Origin: Candidatus Moraniibacteriota bacterium
GTDB lineage: Bacteria; Patescibacteriota; Minisyncoccia; Moranbacterales; UBA1568
DNA length: 64,000 nt
Assembly (NCBI GenBank): GCA_008012175.1
Contig: SSEF01000010.1
Span: 2,923 to 66,922, forward strand
Direction of reading: 5' to 3'
A model generated the notes under the pieces. It was not told where the DNA came from. It ran no database searches and saw only the letters and a program-made list of their open reading frames with translations. Below, piece after piece: positions 46,569 through 55,759 of this stretch (the first letter of the stretch is position 1; each line of letters starts with the position of its first letter). The position numbers were made by a program, and so were the translations under genes.

Positions 46569-47678
46569 TTAGCGGCCCATGCCGATGACGCCCACCATGA
46601 CGCCAATGAGCGCAGTGAGCGCGGTGAATACCCAAGCACGCATAACAACTTTTGGCTCAGGCCACCCTCTGGCCTCGAAGTGATGATGGAGGGGGGCGGC
46701 GAGAAATACCTTTCGGTTCAAATAACGTTTCGCAAACATCTGAATTGCAGCGCTTCCCGATTCCAATGTATAGATGAAGACGATGATGAATAAGACGAGC
46801 ACCGAATTCGTCAGTAAAGCGACAACGCCGAGTGTTGTACCGAGGGCGATTGCTCCAGTGTCTCCCATAAAGAATCGGGCTGGATAGATATTGAACCAAA
46901 GGAAAGCTAGCAGTGCGCCGGCGACCGCGGCACAAAAGCTTGAGAGATCGACCTTATTGTGCATGAAAGCAATAAGGGAGAATGAGGTGAACGCGATAAG
47001 GAGCACTCCACCATTCAGGCCATCAAGCCCGTCAGTCTCATTCGATGAAATGGCCGAAAAAAGTATAACGAAGATGAATAGCGGGACATACCACCAGCCG
47101 ATCGAAAAATCTCCGACCGCTGGAACGTGGATCATGTCCCAGCCGAGCTTTGAATAGAACCACCAGGCTCCGAGACCGGCGATAGCGATAAGCCACCAGA
47201 ATCGCGCAAGAAAGCGCATCCCGCCGCCCTTGTTCGTCCCGATACCGCGCACGCTCATGTAGTCATCGATAAGCCCCAAGACACCTGCTGTCACAAGCGT
47301 AAAGAGCGGGAGCCAAGTCTGAGAGCGCTTCAGAAAATCGAGGCGCGCGATGAAATTCGTATCAAATAAGACTGCCAGAAGCGGAAAAATCCACTCCGAT
47401 AAGAAGGCGAGCAGCAGCACGGCCATCCAGATAATGACGCCTCCCATGGTCGGTGTTCCTGCTTTCCAGGCATGCAGACTCGAGACAAAGTTCAGCTTAT
47501 CGCCCGAAACGCCGTTCTCTTTTATTCGGATGCCGATTTTGTGCTTGTAGAGGATGTGGGTCCAAAGTGGCGTGAGAAGAAAGGCCAGCAGAAAAGCGAG
47601 TAGCCCTGTCGCAAGGACTTTCATCACATTCATCACTACCGGAAGCGACTGGATATGAGCAAGGGCGAGAGAATCCAT
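46569..47678 (-). CDS. mraY: Phospho-N-acetylmuramoyl-pentapeptide-transferase
   Basis: 10 TM; DDYMSV, NETDGLDGL, FFMGDTGAIALG, PLHHHFE motifs. Confidence 0.9.
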   Translation of the reverse strand: MDSLALAHIQSLPVVMNVMKVLATGLLAFLLAFLLTPLWTHILYKHKIGIRIKENGVSGDKLNFVSSLHAWKAGTPTMGGVIIWMAVLLLAFLSEWIFPLLAVLFDTNFIARLDFLKRSQTWLPLFTLVTAGVLGLIDDYMSVRGIGTNKGGGMRFLARFWWLIAIAGLGAWWFYSKLGWDMIHVPAVGDFSIGWWYVPLFIFVILFSAISSNETDGLDGLNGGVLLIAFTSFSLIAFMHNKVDLSSFCAAVAGALLAFLWFNIYPARFFMGDTGAIALGTTLGVVALLTNSVLVLFIIVFIYTLESGSAAIQMFAKRYLNRKVFLAAPLHHHFEARGWPEPKVVMRAWVFTALTALIGVMVGVIGMGR

Positions 47679-47696
47679 ACCGTGTACGTATTTATA

Positions 47697-48734
47697 TTAT
47701 AGCCAATCAAAGGATTCGAAGCTCCAATCGAACATAGACTGCACGCTCTGCCAACGGTACGGATCATTCAAGACGACAGCGATGACCGGGTGCTCGCCCG
47801 AGGGATCGGTCGCGACCGCGAGAAGCGAATAGCCCGCAAGCGGTGTGAAACCAGTCTTCGTCCCAACGAGATTCGGCATCGATCCGATGAGCTGGTCTGT
47901 GTTGAAAACCTCGTGCGTGAGCCGGCCGTCGATCGATGTGATGCTTGCCTTTTCGATCTTCATGATCTCCCAAAGGATGTCATGCTGAAGCGCTACGCTT
48001 GCGATCGTCGCAATATCCTGAGCAGACGAATAACACCGATTCTCCTCGCCGTCAATCTCTAGTCCGGACGGGGTGCAAAACAGAGAATCAGCCAATCCCA
48101 GCTCGGCTGCCCGCTCGTTCATAATGCGGGCAAAGCCCTCTTGCGTCCCGCCAAGATGCTTGCCGAGCGCAATGGCTGCATCGTTAGCACTATTCATGAG
48201 AGCGGCCTTGAGGAGGTCGCGCACTGTAAGTCGCTCCCCGACCTCAAAGCGAACTCCGGGGCAATATCCGGAACGTGGACAGCCGATCCGCGTACCTTCG
48301 CTATAGACCGCCTCTTCGTCAATCGTCACTGCTGTCTCGAGATCCTGAACCCGCTCGACGACGATAAGCGCTGTGAAGAGCTTGGTCAGGGATGCAATCT
48401 GGCGCCGATCATCAGCATTTCTCGCATAGAGCACCTGTCCCGATTCCGCATCCATGATGACCGAAGCATGCGCTGTCGGCACAGAGAGCCGTGGTGCGTA
48501 TTCACGGAGAATCGGCTGGAACGTGGCTGAAAGTGATCGATTTTCGACAAAATAAGGGGCCGCAAAAGACAATCCCGGAGACGGATCTGCGGGCTCCGAT
48601 CCCTGTTTTTCCGTCCCGAAGAGATGATCGACTGCGCCACTTGTTAAGAATGAATAGACGAGCTCGGGCTGCTCCTTCAGCGTCCAGAGCCCGATAGCTA
48701 TTACGATACTGATGGTGAGAAAAATCCGCATCAT
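47697..48734 (-). CDS. D-alanyl-D-alanine carboxypeptidase (PBP5/DacC-like serine peptidase S11)
   Basis: SLTK (SxxK), NSANDAA (SxN), KTGFT (KTG) in order; N-terminal signal/TM. Confidence 0.85.
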   Translation of the reverse strand: MMRIFLTISIVIAIGLWTLKEQPELVYSFLTSGAVDHLFGTEKQGSEPADPSPGLSFAAPYFVENRSLSATFQPILREYAPRLSVPTAHASVIMDAESGQVLYARNADDRRQIASLTKLFTALIVVERVQDLETAVTIDEEAVYSEGTRIGCPRSGYCPGVRFEVGERLTVRDLLKAALMNSANDAAIALGKHLGGTQEGFARIMNERAAELGLADSLFCTPSGLEIDGEENRCYSSAQDIATIASVALQHDILWEIMKIEKASITSIDGRLTHEVFNTDQLIGSMPNLVGTKTGFTPLAGYSLLAVATDPSGEHPVIAVVLNDPYRWQSVQSMFDWSFESFDWL

Positions 48735-49327
48735 GTTGTTGGCAATTCTTTCGAAACATTTACGGCAGCAGCTTCATTTCCCGATGCTTCCACAACACGC
48801 ATGCGTTCATCATTCGAGAGTGAATCAAAATCTGGCAAGTCTTCCAGCCGAGCTAATCCGAGATGCTCAAGGAATTGAAATGACGGACGGTAGACATAGC
48901 CACGAGAATCCTCTGGATTCCCGTTCCGCTCGATGAGACCGCGGATGAGGAGCGCGCGGAGCGTATAGCTGCAATTGACGCCACGGATTGCTTCGATCTC
49001 GCTCCGTGCGATCGGTGCGCGATACGCAACGATGGACAACACTTCGAGTGCCGCCTTGGAAAGCACATCCTGAAGGGTCGATTTGGTGAACGCTTCAACC
49101 AGGGTCGTCAAATCCCTTTTGGTTGCCATTTCGATGCGACCATGGTGTTCGATCAGCATAAGGCCGGAATTCGTGTCATCAGCATAGCGCTTCCCGAGCT
49201 CGGCAATCACTCGTTCCAGCTCATCCTTTTCGATACCGAGAAGCTCGATGAGCCGCGATTTGGCTATCGGTTCGCCGCTGATAAAAAGCAGGGCTTCTAG
49301 CTTTGATTGGAGCGGGGCTGTTTTCAT
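48731..49327 (-). CDS. scpB: Segregation and condensation protein B
   Basis: LEALLFISGEPI...LEVLSIVAYRAPIARSEIEAIRGV winged-helix repeats. Confidence 0.85.
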   Translation of the reverse strand: MKTAPLQSKLEALLFISGEPIAKSRLIELLGIEKDELERVIAELGKRYADDTNSGLMLIEHHGRIEMATKRDLTTLVEAFTKSTLQDVLSKAALEVLSIVAYRAPIARSEIEAIRGVNCSYTLRALLIRGLIERNGNPEDSRGYVYRPSFQFLEHLGLARLEDLPDFDSLSNDERMRVVEASGNEAAAVNVSKELPTT

Positions 49328-49336
49328 ATGGTGAAG

Positions 49337-50092
49337 CTATAACCTCTTCTCTATCTCGTGATGGAGCGCGATATCACGGAATGAACCTTCCTGCTCCGCC
49401 CGGACGAAGCGCTGTTTCACAAGTTCAAGCACTGCAAGGAACGCGACGATGATTTCCAACTTGTCTTTCACGTCGGCCGTCATCTGGCGGAATGAGAGCT
49501 CCATCCGGTTCGCAAGGGAAGAGCGTAGCTCAAGCATCTTCTCTTCAAGCGAGATGACATTCTGGATCTCCTCCTCCTCGAGCTTTTCAAGAAGTGGGAT
49601 TTCTCCTAAGACCGACTGGAAGGCCTCCGCGAGGCTGTCGGCGGTCATGCTAGGCGGGGGAAGAAACACGATCTCAGCCCCGAGAAAGCTCTCGCGCGAT
49701 CTCGCCCGCTCTCCCCTAGCGAAGAGGAGTCCAAGTCGGACGCTCGCATCACGAAACTTACGATACTCTCGGAGCTGCCACTCGAGATCCTCGATCGTCT
49801 CCTCTTCATCATCGGTAAATTCAAGGAGCGGCAGCAAGGCGCGGGATTTCAAGAGGAGAAGGCGCGAGGCAACGGAAAGGAACTCGGCAAGATGGGCGAG
49901 AGGCACCTCCCCTTGTCGCGCAATGTACTCGAGATACTGATCAGCAACTGCCGCCAAAGAAACCCGGGTGATATCGAGCTTTTCTTTTTCGATGAGCTGC
50001 AAGAGAAGACCGAGCGGCCCTTCGAACTGCTCCAATCGCACCGCATACGTCATAAGGTTTCGAACCCATGATACCACGGCTTTCAGTCCCAA
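49337..50092 (-). CDS. scpA: Segregation and condensation protein A
   Basis: LEQFEGPLGLLLQLIEKEKLDITRVSLAAVADQYLEYI N-terminal kleisin motif. Confidence 0.85.
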   Translation of the reverse strand: MGLKAVVSWVRNLMTYAVRLEQFEGPLGLLLQLIEKEKLDITRVSLAAVADQYLEYIARQGEVPLAHLAEFLSVASRLLLLKSRALLPLLEFTDDEEETIEDLEWQLREYRKFRDASVRLGLLFARGERARSRESFLGAEIVFLPPPSMTADSLAEAFQSVLGEIPLLEKLEEEEIQNVISLEEKMLELRSSLANRMELSFRQMTADVKDKLEIIVAFLAVLELVKQRFVRAEQEGSFRDIALHHEIEKRL

Positions 50093-50119
50093 GGCCAGCC
50101 AAAATCGCCTCCAGCCTAT

Positions 50120-51379
50120 TCAAGATCGACCAGGAGGAGCATCCGGCTGATGAAGCTCTGATTCACTCCTCGAATCATCCAGAGAAAGCGCCGCAAAGCA
50201 GGCGCCAAGCGCTACAGCGCCGACAAGAAAGAACAGGCTATGAACTGAAAAAACCGAAAGGAAGGCAAGCGAGATTCCGGCAGCGGCGATATCCGCAGTC
50301 GGCCGGGCTGTCCGGAAAAATGCGACGCTATCGGTATCGGTCGGTCCGATCTGCTTGTAGAAGTACGAATCACGGAGGACCTCGATCGCCGCCGCACCAA
50401 GACGTGTAACGAAAAGCAGCGCAGCCCAAAAAACAATATCCGTCGAACGCGTGATTCCGACAGCGACGCTCGAGATACCAAGAACGACCAGCGAGACAAA
50501 TAGAAGCTCTTTTTCGCCCCATTTCTTATCTGCCAGGATGCCAAGTGGATACTGGACGAGCACGAACGGAATGAGCATGACTGTGAAGATGAATCCGATG
50601 CGCTCCCAGTCAAATCCTTGAGAGAGGAGGAGGATCGGCGCATAGATAATCATCACCGCATAAAAAAACTCAAGCGTCCACGAGATCGCGTAAATGCGCA
50701 AAAGGTTCGGCCGCCCCATAACCTTGCGAAGGGTATCAAGGAACGCAACTCTGGGAAGCCGGGAAGTCTGATGCTGCCGGAGACTAACGAGCACAACAAT
50801 GAACACCGCCATATAGCCTATGCCAAGCGCTGTAAAGATACCGGGGTAGCCCGCCAACGCAAGCGTTTTCGTCGAAAGAATCGGGGCAAGAAGCAGTCCC
50901 GCATTCATCACGGTAAGGTAGAGGCCTCGGACCCGTCCGGATACCCGGTCCACGGAGAAGTCTTCAACGAGGACATCCATGACTACCCAGACCGTGTTGC
51001 TGCAAACCATGAAAAAGAGAAGTGTTCCGGCTCCGGCCCAGGATGGTTCCTGAAGGCTGAGGAAGAAACTTGCACCGATAAGCCCCATCAGAAGCATGCT
51101 GAGTAGTCGAACCGAACCGACTCCATGAATCAGTGGCTGGAGGTGCATGAGCAGCCACAGTACGAAAACAAAAGCCGCGAGATAGAACCCGCCGACAAGA
51201 TGTTCACCAGAAATCTGAACGAAATACGATGACAGTATGTAGATGAGAAAAGCGTCGAGAAAACCGAGGATGAAAGATACGGATGAAAGCAGCCTGACCT
51301 TAGATTGATCAAATATCCCGGATGATCCGAATTTTCCTGATTCATGTGGCATGTCCTCATTATGCCACATATCGAACAT
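50120..51379 (-). CDS. MFS transporter
   Basis: 12 predicted TM helices in two 6-helix halves; start uncertain (ORF track start 51460 overlaps the next gene). Confidence 0.75.
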   Translation of the reverse strand: MFDMWHNEDMPHESGKFGSSGIFDQSKVRLLSSVSFILGFLDAFLIYILSSYFVQISGEHLVGGFYLAAFVFVLWLLMHLQPLIHGVGSVRLLSMLLMGLIGASFFLSLQEPSWAGAGTLLFFMVCSNTVWVVMDVLVEDFSVDRVSGRVRGLYLTVMNAGLLLAPILSTKTLALAGYPGIFTALGIGYMAVFIVVLVSLRQHQTSRLPRVAFLDTLRKVMGRPNLLRIYAISWTLEFFYAVMIIYAPILLLSQGFDWERIGFIFTVMLIPFVLVQYPLGILADKKWGEKELLFVSLVVLGISSVAVGITRSTDIVFWAALLFVTRLGAAAIEVLRDSYFYKQIGPTDTDSVAFFRTARPTADIAAAGISLAFLSVFSVHSLFFLVGAVALGACFAALSLDDSRSESELHQPDAPPGRS

Positions 51380-51399
51380 GACTGACCGCCTCTCCGGCC

Positions 51400-51792
51400 T
51401 CATTCTATACAGCCCGTATGATAACCTTTTGCGATAGCCGCTTCGGTTGATGTGAAACAAACTAAGTTTTCAGGCTTAATCTGCTTGGCACAGCGGGAAG
51501 CTGGCGTATGATACTTGTTCGAATTCTTACTTCCGACGAATGCACAATCCTGATTCGTTTTCTGGAAATGTTCGGCAGCCTCGGATACCCCTGGCTCAAT
51601 CGGCTGCCGCTCAGGAATAGCTGCCGGGGAAATGGTCGCCGGAACTTCGACAATGACCGGTTTCGGCTCGTCTATCGCCTGCTGGATCGAGCCAGCCTCG
51701 AAGGAGAGGGCCGAAACCAAAATGAAAGCCATGGCCAGCCAGAATTTCTCGAGCTTGCCTTCTAGTTTTCGGATTATCCCAAACCATTCCAT
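51400..51792 (-). CDS. Membrane-anchored protein with C-terminal Ada-like zinc-binding domain
   Basis: N-terminal TM (FWLAMAFILVSALSF); C-terminus CAFVGSKNSNKYHTPASRCAKQIKPENLVCFTSTEAAIAKGYHTGC resembles the Ada metal-binding domain pattern (C..C..YH..C...N..F....A...GY..C). Confidence 0.5.
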   Translation of the reverse strand: MEWFGIIRKLEGKLEKFWLAMAFILVSALSFEAGSIQQAIDEPKPVIVEVPATISPAAIPERQPIEPGVSEAAEHFQKTNQDCAFVGSKNSNKYHTPASRCAKQIKPENLVCFTSTEAAIAKGYHTGCIE

Positions 51793-51875
51793 AGGATCGT
51801 TGACAGATGCGGTAGAAATCGCTATACTGCTCCCGTATATCTTTTGAAGGCCTATTGTAGGCTACAATCCCGAAT

Positions 51876-52160
51876 ATGGCAACCAGAAAAGCAGGTGGCT
51901 CAACCAGTCTCGGGCGCGATTCCATCTCGAAGCGCCTCGGCGTGAAGATCTATGGTGACCAGATCGCCATCGAGGGAAACGTCCTCGTCCGCCAGCGCGG
52001 CACGAAGTTCCATGCCGGCCAGAACGTCGAGCGCGGTGCTGACGACACCCTCTTCGCTCTCGTCGATGGCGTCGTCAAGTTCGAAGAACGCAAGGTGAAG
52101 GCGTTCACCGGCAAGCTCGAGAAGCGGATGTTCGTCCATGTCATCCCCGCCGAAGCCTAA
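51876..52160 (+). CDS. rpmA: 50S ribosomal protein L27
   Basis: [29 protein letters not shown]...[14 protein letters not shown]. Confidence 0.93.
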   Translation: MATRKAGGSTSLGRDSISKRLGVKIYGDQIAIEGNVLVRQRGTKFHAGQNVERGADDTLFALVDGVVKFEERKVKAFTGKLEKRMFVHVIPAEA

Positions 52161-52185
52161 GAGACAGACTTACGCTATCGGATTA

Positions 52186-52224
52186 AAAACCTCCCATATA
52201 TTAATTTATTGGGAGGTTTTTTTA
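52186..52224. terminator. Bidirectional intrinsic terminator (AAACCTCCCA...TGGGAGGTTT) between convergent rpmA and pyrG
   Basis: 10-bp stem with A-run upstream and T7 downstream. Confidence 0.75.
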
Positions 52225-52251
52225 TGGATTGTTTCAAACCTCTGGCCCGCC

Positions 52252-53904
52252 CTATCGCTGTCGACGAGTAGCCGCCTTGATGAATGCAGAGAAGATCGGA
52301 TGCGGCGCAAGGAGGCTCGACTGGAATTCGGGATGGAATTGGACGCCAACAAAGAATGGATGGACCGCCTTCGGGAGCTCGGCAATCTCCATGAGCACGC
52401 CATCCGGTGAAGTCCCGGAGAACACCATGCCGGCTGCCCTTAGCCGGTCGACATATTCCGGATTCACCTCATAGCGGTGCCGGTGACGCTCGACGATCTT
52501 CCTCGTTCCGTAGGCCGTTTCGACGATCGTGCCACGGCCGAGTACCGCCGGATACTCTCCAAGCCGCATCGTGCCGCCATACTCCTTCTTAGCAATTTTC
52601 TCCTTCTGTCCAGGCATGACATCGATGACGAGGTGCGGCGCTTTCGGTTCGACCTCGGCGGTATTCGCGCCGTTGAGCTTAGCCACGTGCCGGGCATACT
52701 CGATAACGGCGAGCTGCATGCCGTAGCAGATGCCGAAGTACGGGATTTTTTTCTTCCGGCAATACTCAATCGCGAGAATCTTCCCTTCGATGCCCCGGCT
52801 CCCGAAGCCGCCCGGAATGAGCACGCCGTCAAATCCCGAGAGCTCTCGGAGTTTCTTCGGATCCTTTTCATATTCAGTCGAATCGATCCAGACGAGCTCC
52901 GGCTTCCGATGATTGGAATATGCTGCGTGACGGAGGGATTCGATGACGCTGATATAGGCATCGGAAAGGACGAAGTCTCCAGTCTTGAAATACTTCCCAA
53001 CGACCGCGATTTTCACGCTGCGCTTGAGACGCTTCACCTCGGCAACCTTCTTCTGCCAGGGAGCGAGGGATGACTTCCGAGACCGCAGCTTCAGCCGGTC
53101 GATGATCATATCCGACAAGCGGTCCTTCTCGAAATTCACCGGGACATCGTAGATGCTCTCCACGTCCGGCGCGCTAATGATCGACTCCGGCCGCATGCTG
53201 CAGGAAACGGCGATCTTCTCTTTCCGCCGGTCATCGAGCGGACGCTCAGCCCGGGCGATGATGAAGTCTGCCTGGATGCCGGCGCTGTTCAAGGTGCGGG
53301 AAGCGTACTGCGTCGGCTTGGTCTTCATCTCGCCGATCTTATTCGGGATTGGGAGATACGAAACAAGGAGAAAGAGCACGTCATCCGGTTGTTCGTTTTT
53401 CAGCATGCGTGCCGCCTCGAGAAAAAGAATATTCTGGTATTCTCCGATCGTCCCGCCGATCTCGATAATGGTTACATCGGCGTCCGCCTTGTCTGCCGCA
53501 TGGCGGATCGTCTCGATCACTTCGAGCGGAATATGCGGCACGACCTCGACGCATTTGCCGTGATACTCCAGGTTGCGCTCGCGCTCAATGACCCGCTTGT
53601 AGACCGATCCCGTCGTCATATAGCTCTCGCGCGAGAGCCGGAGCCCCATGAAACGCTCGTAATTCCCCATGTCCTGATCCGTCTCGTAGCCATCGGCCAA
53701 GACAAAGACTTCGCCATGTTCGGTCGGATTCATCGTCCCAGCATCGACGTTGATATAAGGATCGATCTTGATCGCCGTCACGGTCTGGCCGCGAGCCTGG
53801 AGAATTTTCCCGATAGATGATGCGGCGACCCCCTTGCCGACACCGCTCATGACACCGCCAACCACAAAGATGTATTTTCTCGAACGATTTTTTCTGTCTT
53901 GCAT
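52252..53904 (-). CDS. pyrG: CTP synthase
   Basis: IFVVGGVMSGVGKG N-terminus, glutamine amidotransferase GICYGMQ, full 550-aa architecture. Confidence 0.97.
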   Translation of the reverse strand: MQDRKNRSRKYIFVVGGVMSGVGKGVAASSIGKILQARGQTVTAIKIDPYINVDAGTMNPTEHGEVFVLADGYETDQDMGNYERFMGLRLSRESYMTTGSVYKRVIERERNLEYHGKCVEVVPHIPLEVIETIRHAADKADADVTIIEIGGTIGEYQNILFLEAARMLKNEQPDDVLFLLVSYLPIPNKIGEMKTKPTQYASRTLNSAGIQADFIIARAERPLDDRRKEKIAVSCSMRPESIISAPDVESIYDVPVNFEKDRLSDMIIDRLKLRSRKSSLAPWQKKVAEVKRLKRSVKIAVVGKYFKTGDFVLSDAYISVIESLRHAAYSNHRKPELVWIDSTEYEKDPKKLRELSGFDGVLIPGGFGSRGIEGKILAIEYCRKKKIPYFGICYGMQLAVIEYARHVAKLNGANTAEVEPKAPHLVIDVMPGQKEKIAKKEYGGTMRLGEYPAVLGRGTIVETAYGTRKIVERHRHRYEVNPEYVDRLRAAGMVFSGTSPDGVLMEIAELPKAVHPFFVGVQFHPEFQSSLLAPHPIFSAFIKAATRRQR

Positions 53905-53984
53905 AGAGTTATTTTATCTGTTTACAGAGAAAGAGCCGCCTCCGATGACGAAGAACGGCTCTTTTTCAAAGAATCTGGAGATGC

Positions 53985-54422
53985 CTACTCTGCCACCACC
54001 GAAACCGTCACGATCGCTTTCGATTGTCCGGCCTCAAGCTTGACCGCATACTCCCCGACCGCTTTGATCGGATGCTCAAGCTGGACCATTTCTTCGACGA
54101 TCTCGATATCGTTCGATTTTGCGGCAGCGACGATATCAGCCGCATTCACTGATCCGAAAAGCTTTCCTTCGGCCGCTTTAACCTTCACTGTTAGCGTCAT
54201 CCCGTCGATACGCTTCATCGATGCGGAAAGCTCTGAAACCCTCGCTGATTTTTCAGCGTTCCGCTTGGCAAGCGACCGCTCGACGGACTTCACTATGCCT
54301 GCGGTAGCCAGCTCCGCCAACCCTTCCGGAAGAAGATAATTGAATGCAAATCCCTTTTTGACATCTTTGATCTCTCCGGCCGTGCCGAGCCCTGCGACAT
54401 CCTTCACGAGTACCACTTTCAT
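53985..54422 (-). CDS. rplI: 50S ribosomal protein L9
   Basis: MKVVLVKDVAGLGTAGEIKDVKKGFAFNYLLP N-terminal domain, linker helix, C-terminal domain. Confidence 0.9.
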   Translation of the reverse strand: MKVVLVKDVAGLGTAGEIKDVKKGFAFNYLLPEGLAELATAGIVKSVERSLAKRNAEKSARVSELSASMKRIDGMTLTVKVKAAEGKLFGSVNAADIVAAAKSNDIEIVEEMVQLEHPIKAVGEYAVKLEAGQSKAIVTVSVVAE

Positions 54423-54596
54423 AGCTTTCCTGCGATTCAAAACTTATGCCCCATCCTAGCGCTTTTTTAGCGTATTGACAAGACGCCCTGTTCGGAAAAT
54501 ATCCGATCGACGAAGGCTCCAAACGCGCCTAAGGTACTGTGGGCACGAAGACAAGGACGGTTTGAGAGAGCAACCAACACGCGATCCTAGGTATTC

Positions 54597-55646
54597 TTAG
54601 CGGATGAAAAGACTGTCCCCAAAGGAATAGAATGCGAATCGTTCTGCAACGGCAATCCCGTACAAGTCAATCACGCTTTTCTTTGCGCCCTTATGACGGA
54701 GAAACGCGTCCACAAGGAGCATGAGCGAGGATTTCGGTAAGTGAAAATTTGTGATGAGCGCATCCACTGTTTGAAAATGGTAGGGTGGAACGATGAAGAT
54801 GTCCGTGGTACCGACGTGCGAACGAAGCCGGCCGTCCCGGCTCAGAGACTCGAGCGCGCGCGTTGTCGTCGTACCCACGGAAACGATCTGTCTTCCGGCA
54901 TTCTTCGCCCGCCGCACCTGTTCGGCAGTTGCCTCTGGAAGGGATACCCTCTCCGCATGCAGCCGGCCAAGAGAGAAATGCTCTTCGCAAAGCGGCGAAA
55001 ATGTTCCGAGCCCAACGTCGAGCGTGAGCCGGGCCGTCTCGACATTCCGTTCATGGAGCAAACGGAGCATTTCATCCGTGAAATGGAGCGAAGCCGTAGG
55101 GGCTGCGACCGATTGCCCGGCTGCCGCAAAGACTGCCTGATAACGCATCCGGAGATCGGCTTCATCCGGTCCGGTTTCAGATTTGAGATAGTGCGGTATC
55201 GGCGTCTCACCGAACGTATCGAGGAGCGCGTCAAGGGAGTGGGCGCTTTCGAGCCGGAAGAAGAATTTTGCTCCTTCCTGCCGCTCCACTATCAGCCCGG
55301 CGCCATCCGGGAAAACGAGCCGATCACCAAGATTCACATGCCGGTCGACGAGCGCCGGTATAAGCCCTATTCCGCTCCACTCATTCACGAGAATGAACAC
55401 TTCGATTTTTCCGCCGGTTGGTTTCCGCAACCAGAGGCGCGCGGGGCGGACGCGGGTCTCGTTGAGAACGAGGAGGGCTTCAGCCGGGAGATGCGCCGCC
55501 AGATTTCGGAAAATATCGAAAGTGACCTCGTCGGTTTTCGTATCATAGACGAAGAGACGGGCGCTGTCGCGAGGCTCGAGCGGCACCGTCCGGATGAGCT
55601 CGGACGGAAGCTCATAATCATACTGGCTAAGATCGGAGAAATGCAT
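54597..55646 (-). CDS. queA: S-adenosylmethionine:tRNA ribosyltransferase-isomerase
   Basis: DYELPSELIRTVP...LVLNETRVRPARL...HYL N-terminal QueA motifs; ORF track N-terminal extension rejected. Confidence 0.85.
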   Translation of the reverse strand: MHFSDLSQYDYELPSELIRTVPLEPRDSARLFVYDTKTDEVTFDIFRNLAAHLPAEALLVLNETRVRPARLWLRKPTGGKIEVFILVNEWSGIGLIPALVDRHVNLGDRLVFPDGAGLIVERQEGAKFFFRLESAHSLDALLDTFGETPIPHYLKSETGPDEADLRMRYQAVFAAAGQSVAAPTASLHFTDEMLRLLHERNVETARLTLDVGLGTFSPLCEEHFSLGRLHAERVSLPEATAEQVRRAKNAGRQIVSVGTTTTRALESLSRDGRLRSHVGTTDIFIVPPYHFQTVDALITNFHLPKSSLMLLVDAFLRHKGAKKSVIDLYGIAVAERFAFYSFGDSLFIR

Positions 55647-55759
55647 GAGGGTAAGTATAGCAAATGAGGCCGTTTGCACGCGGTACGTGTTATAATGGGT
55701 CCGATATAAACGGCCTTTTCCGCCGTCCGCGATACCCAATCCACGTCCCGCTCCGTCGT

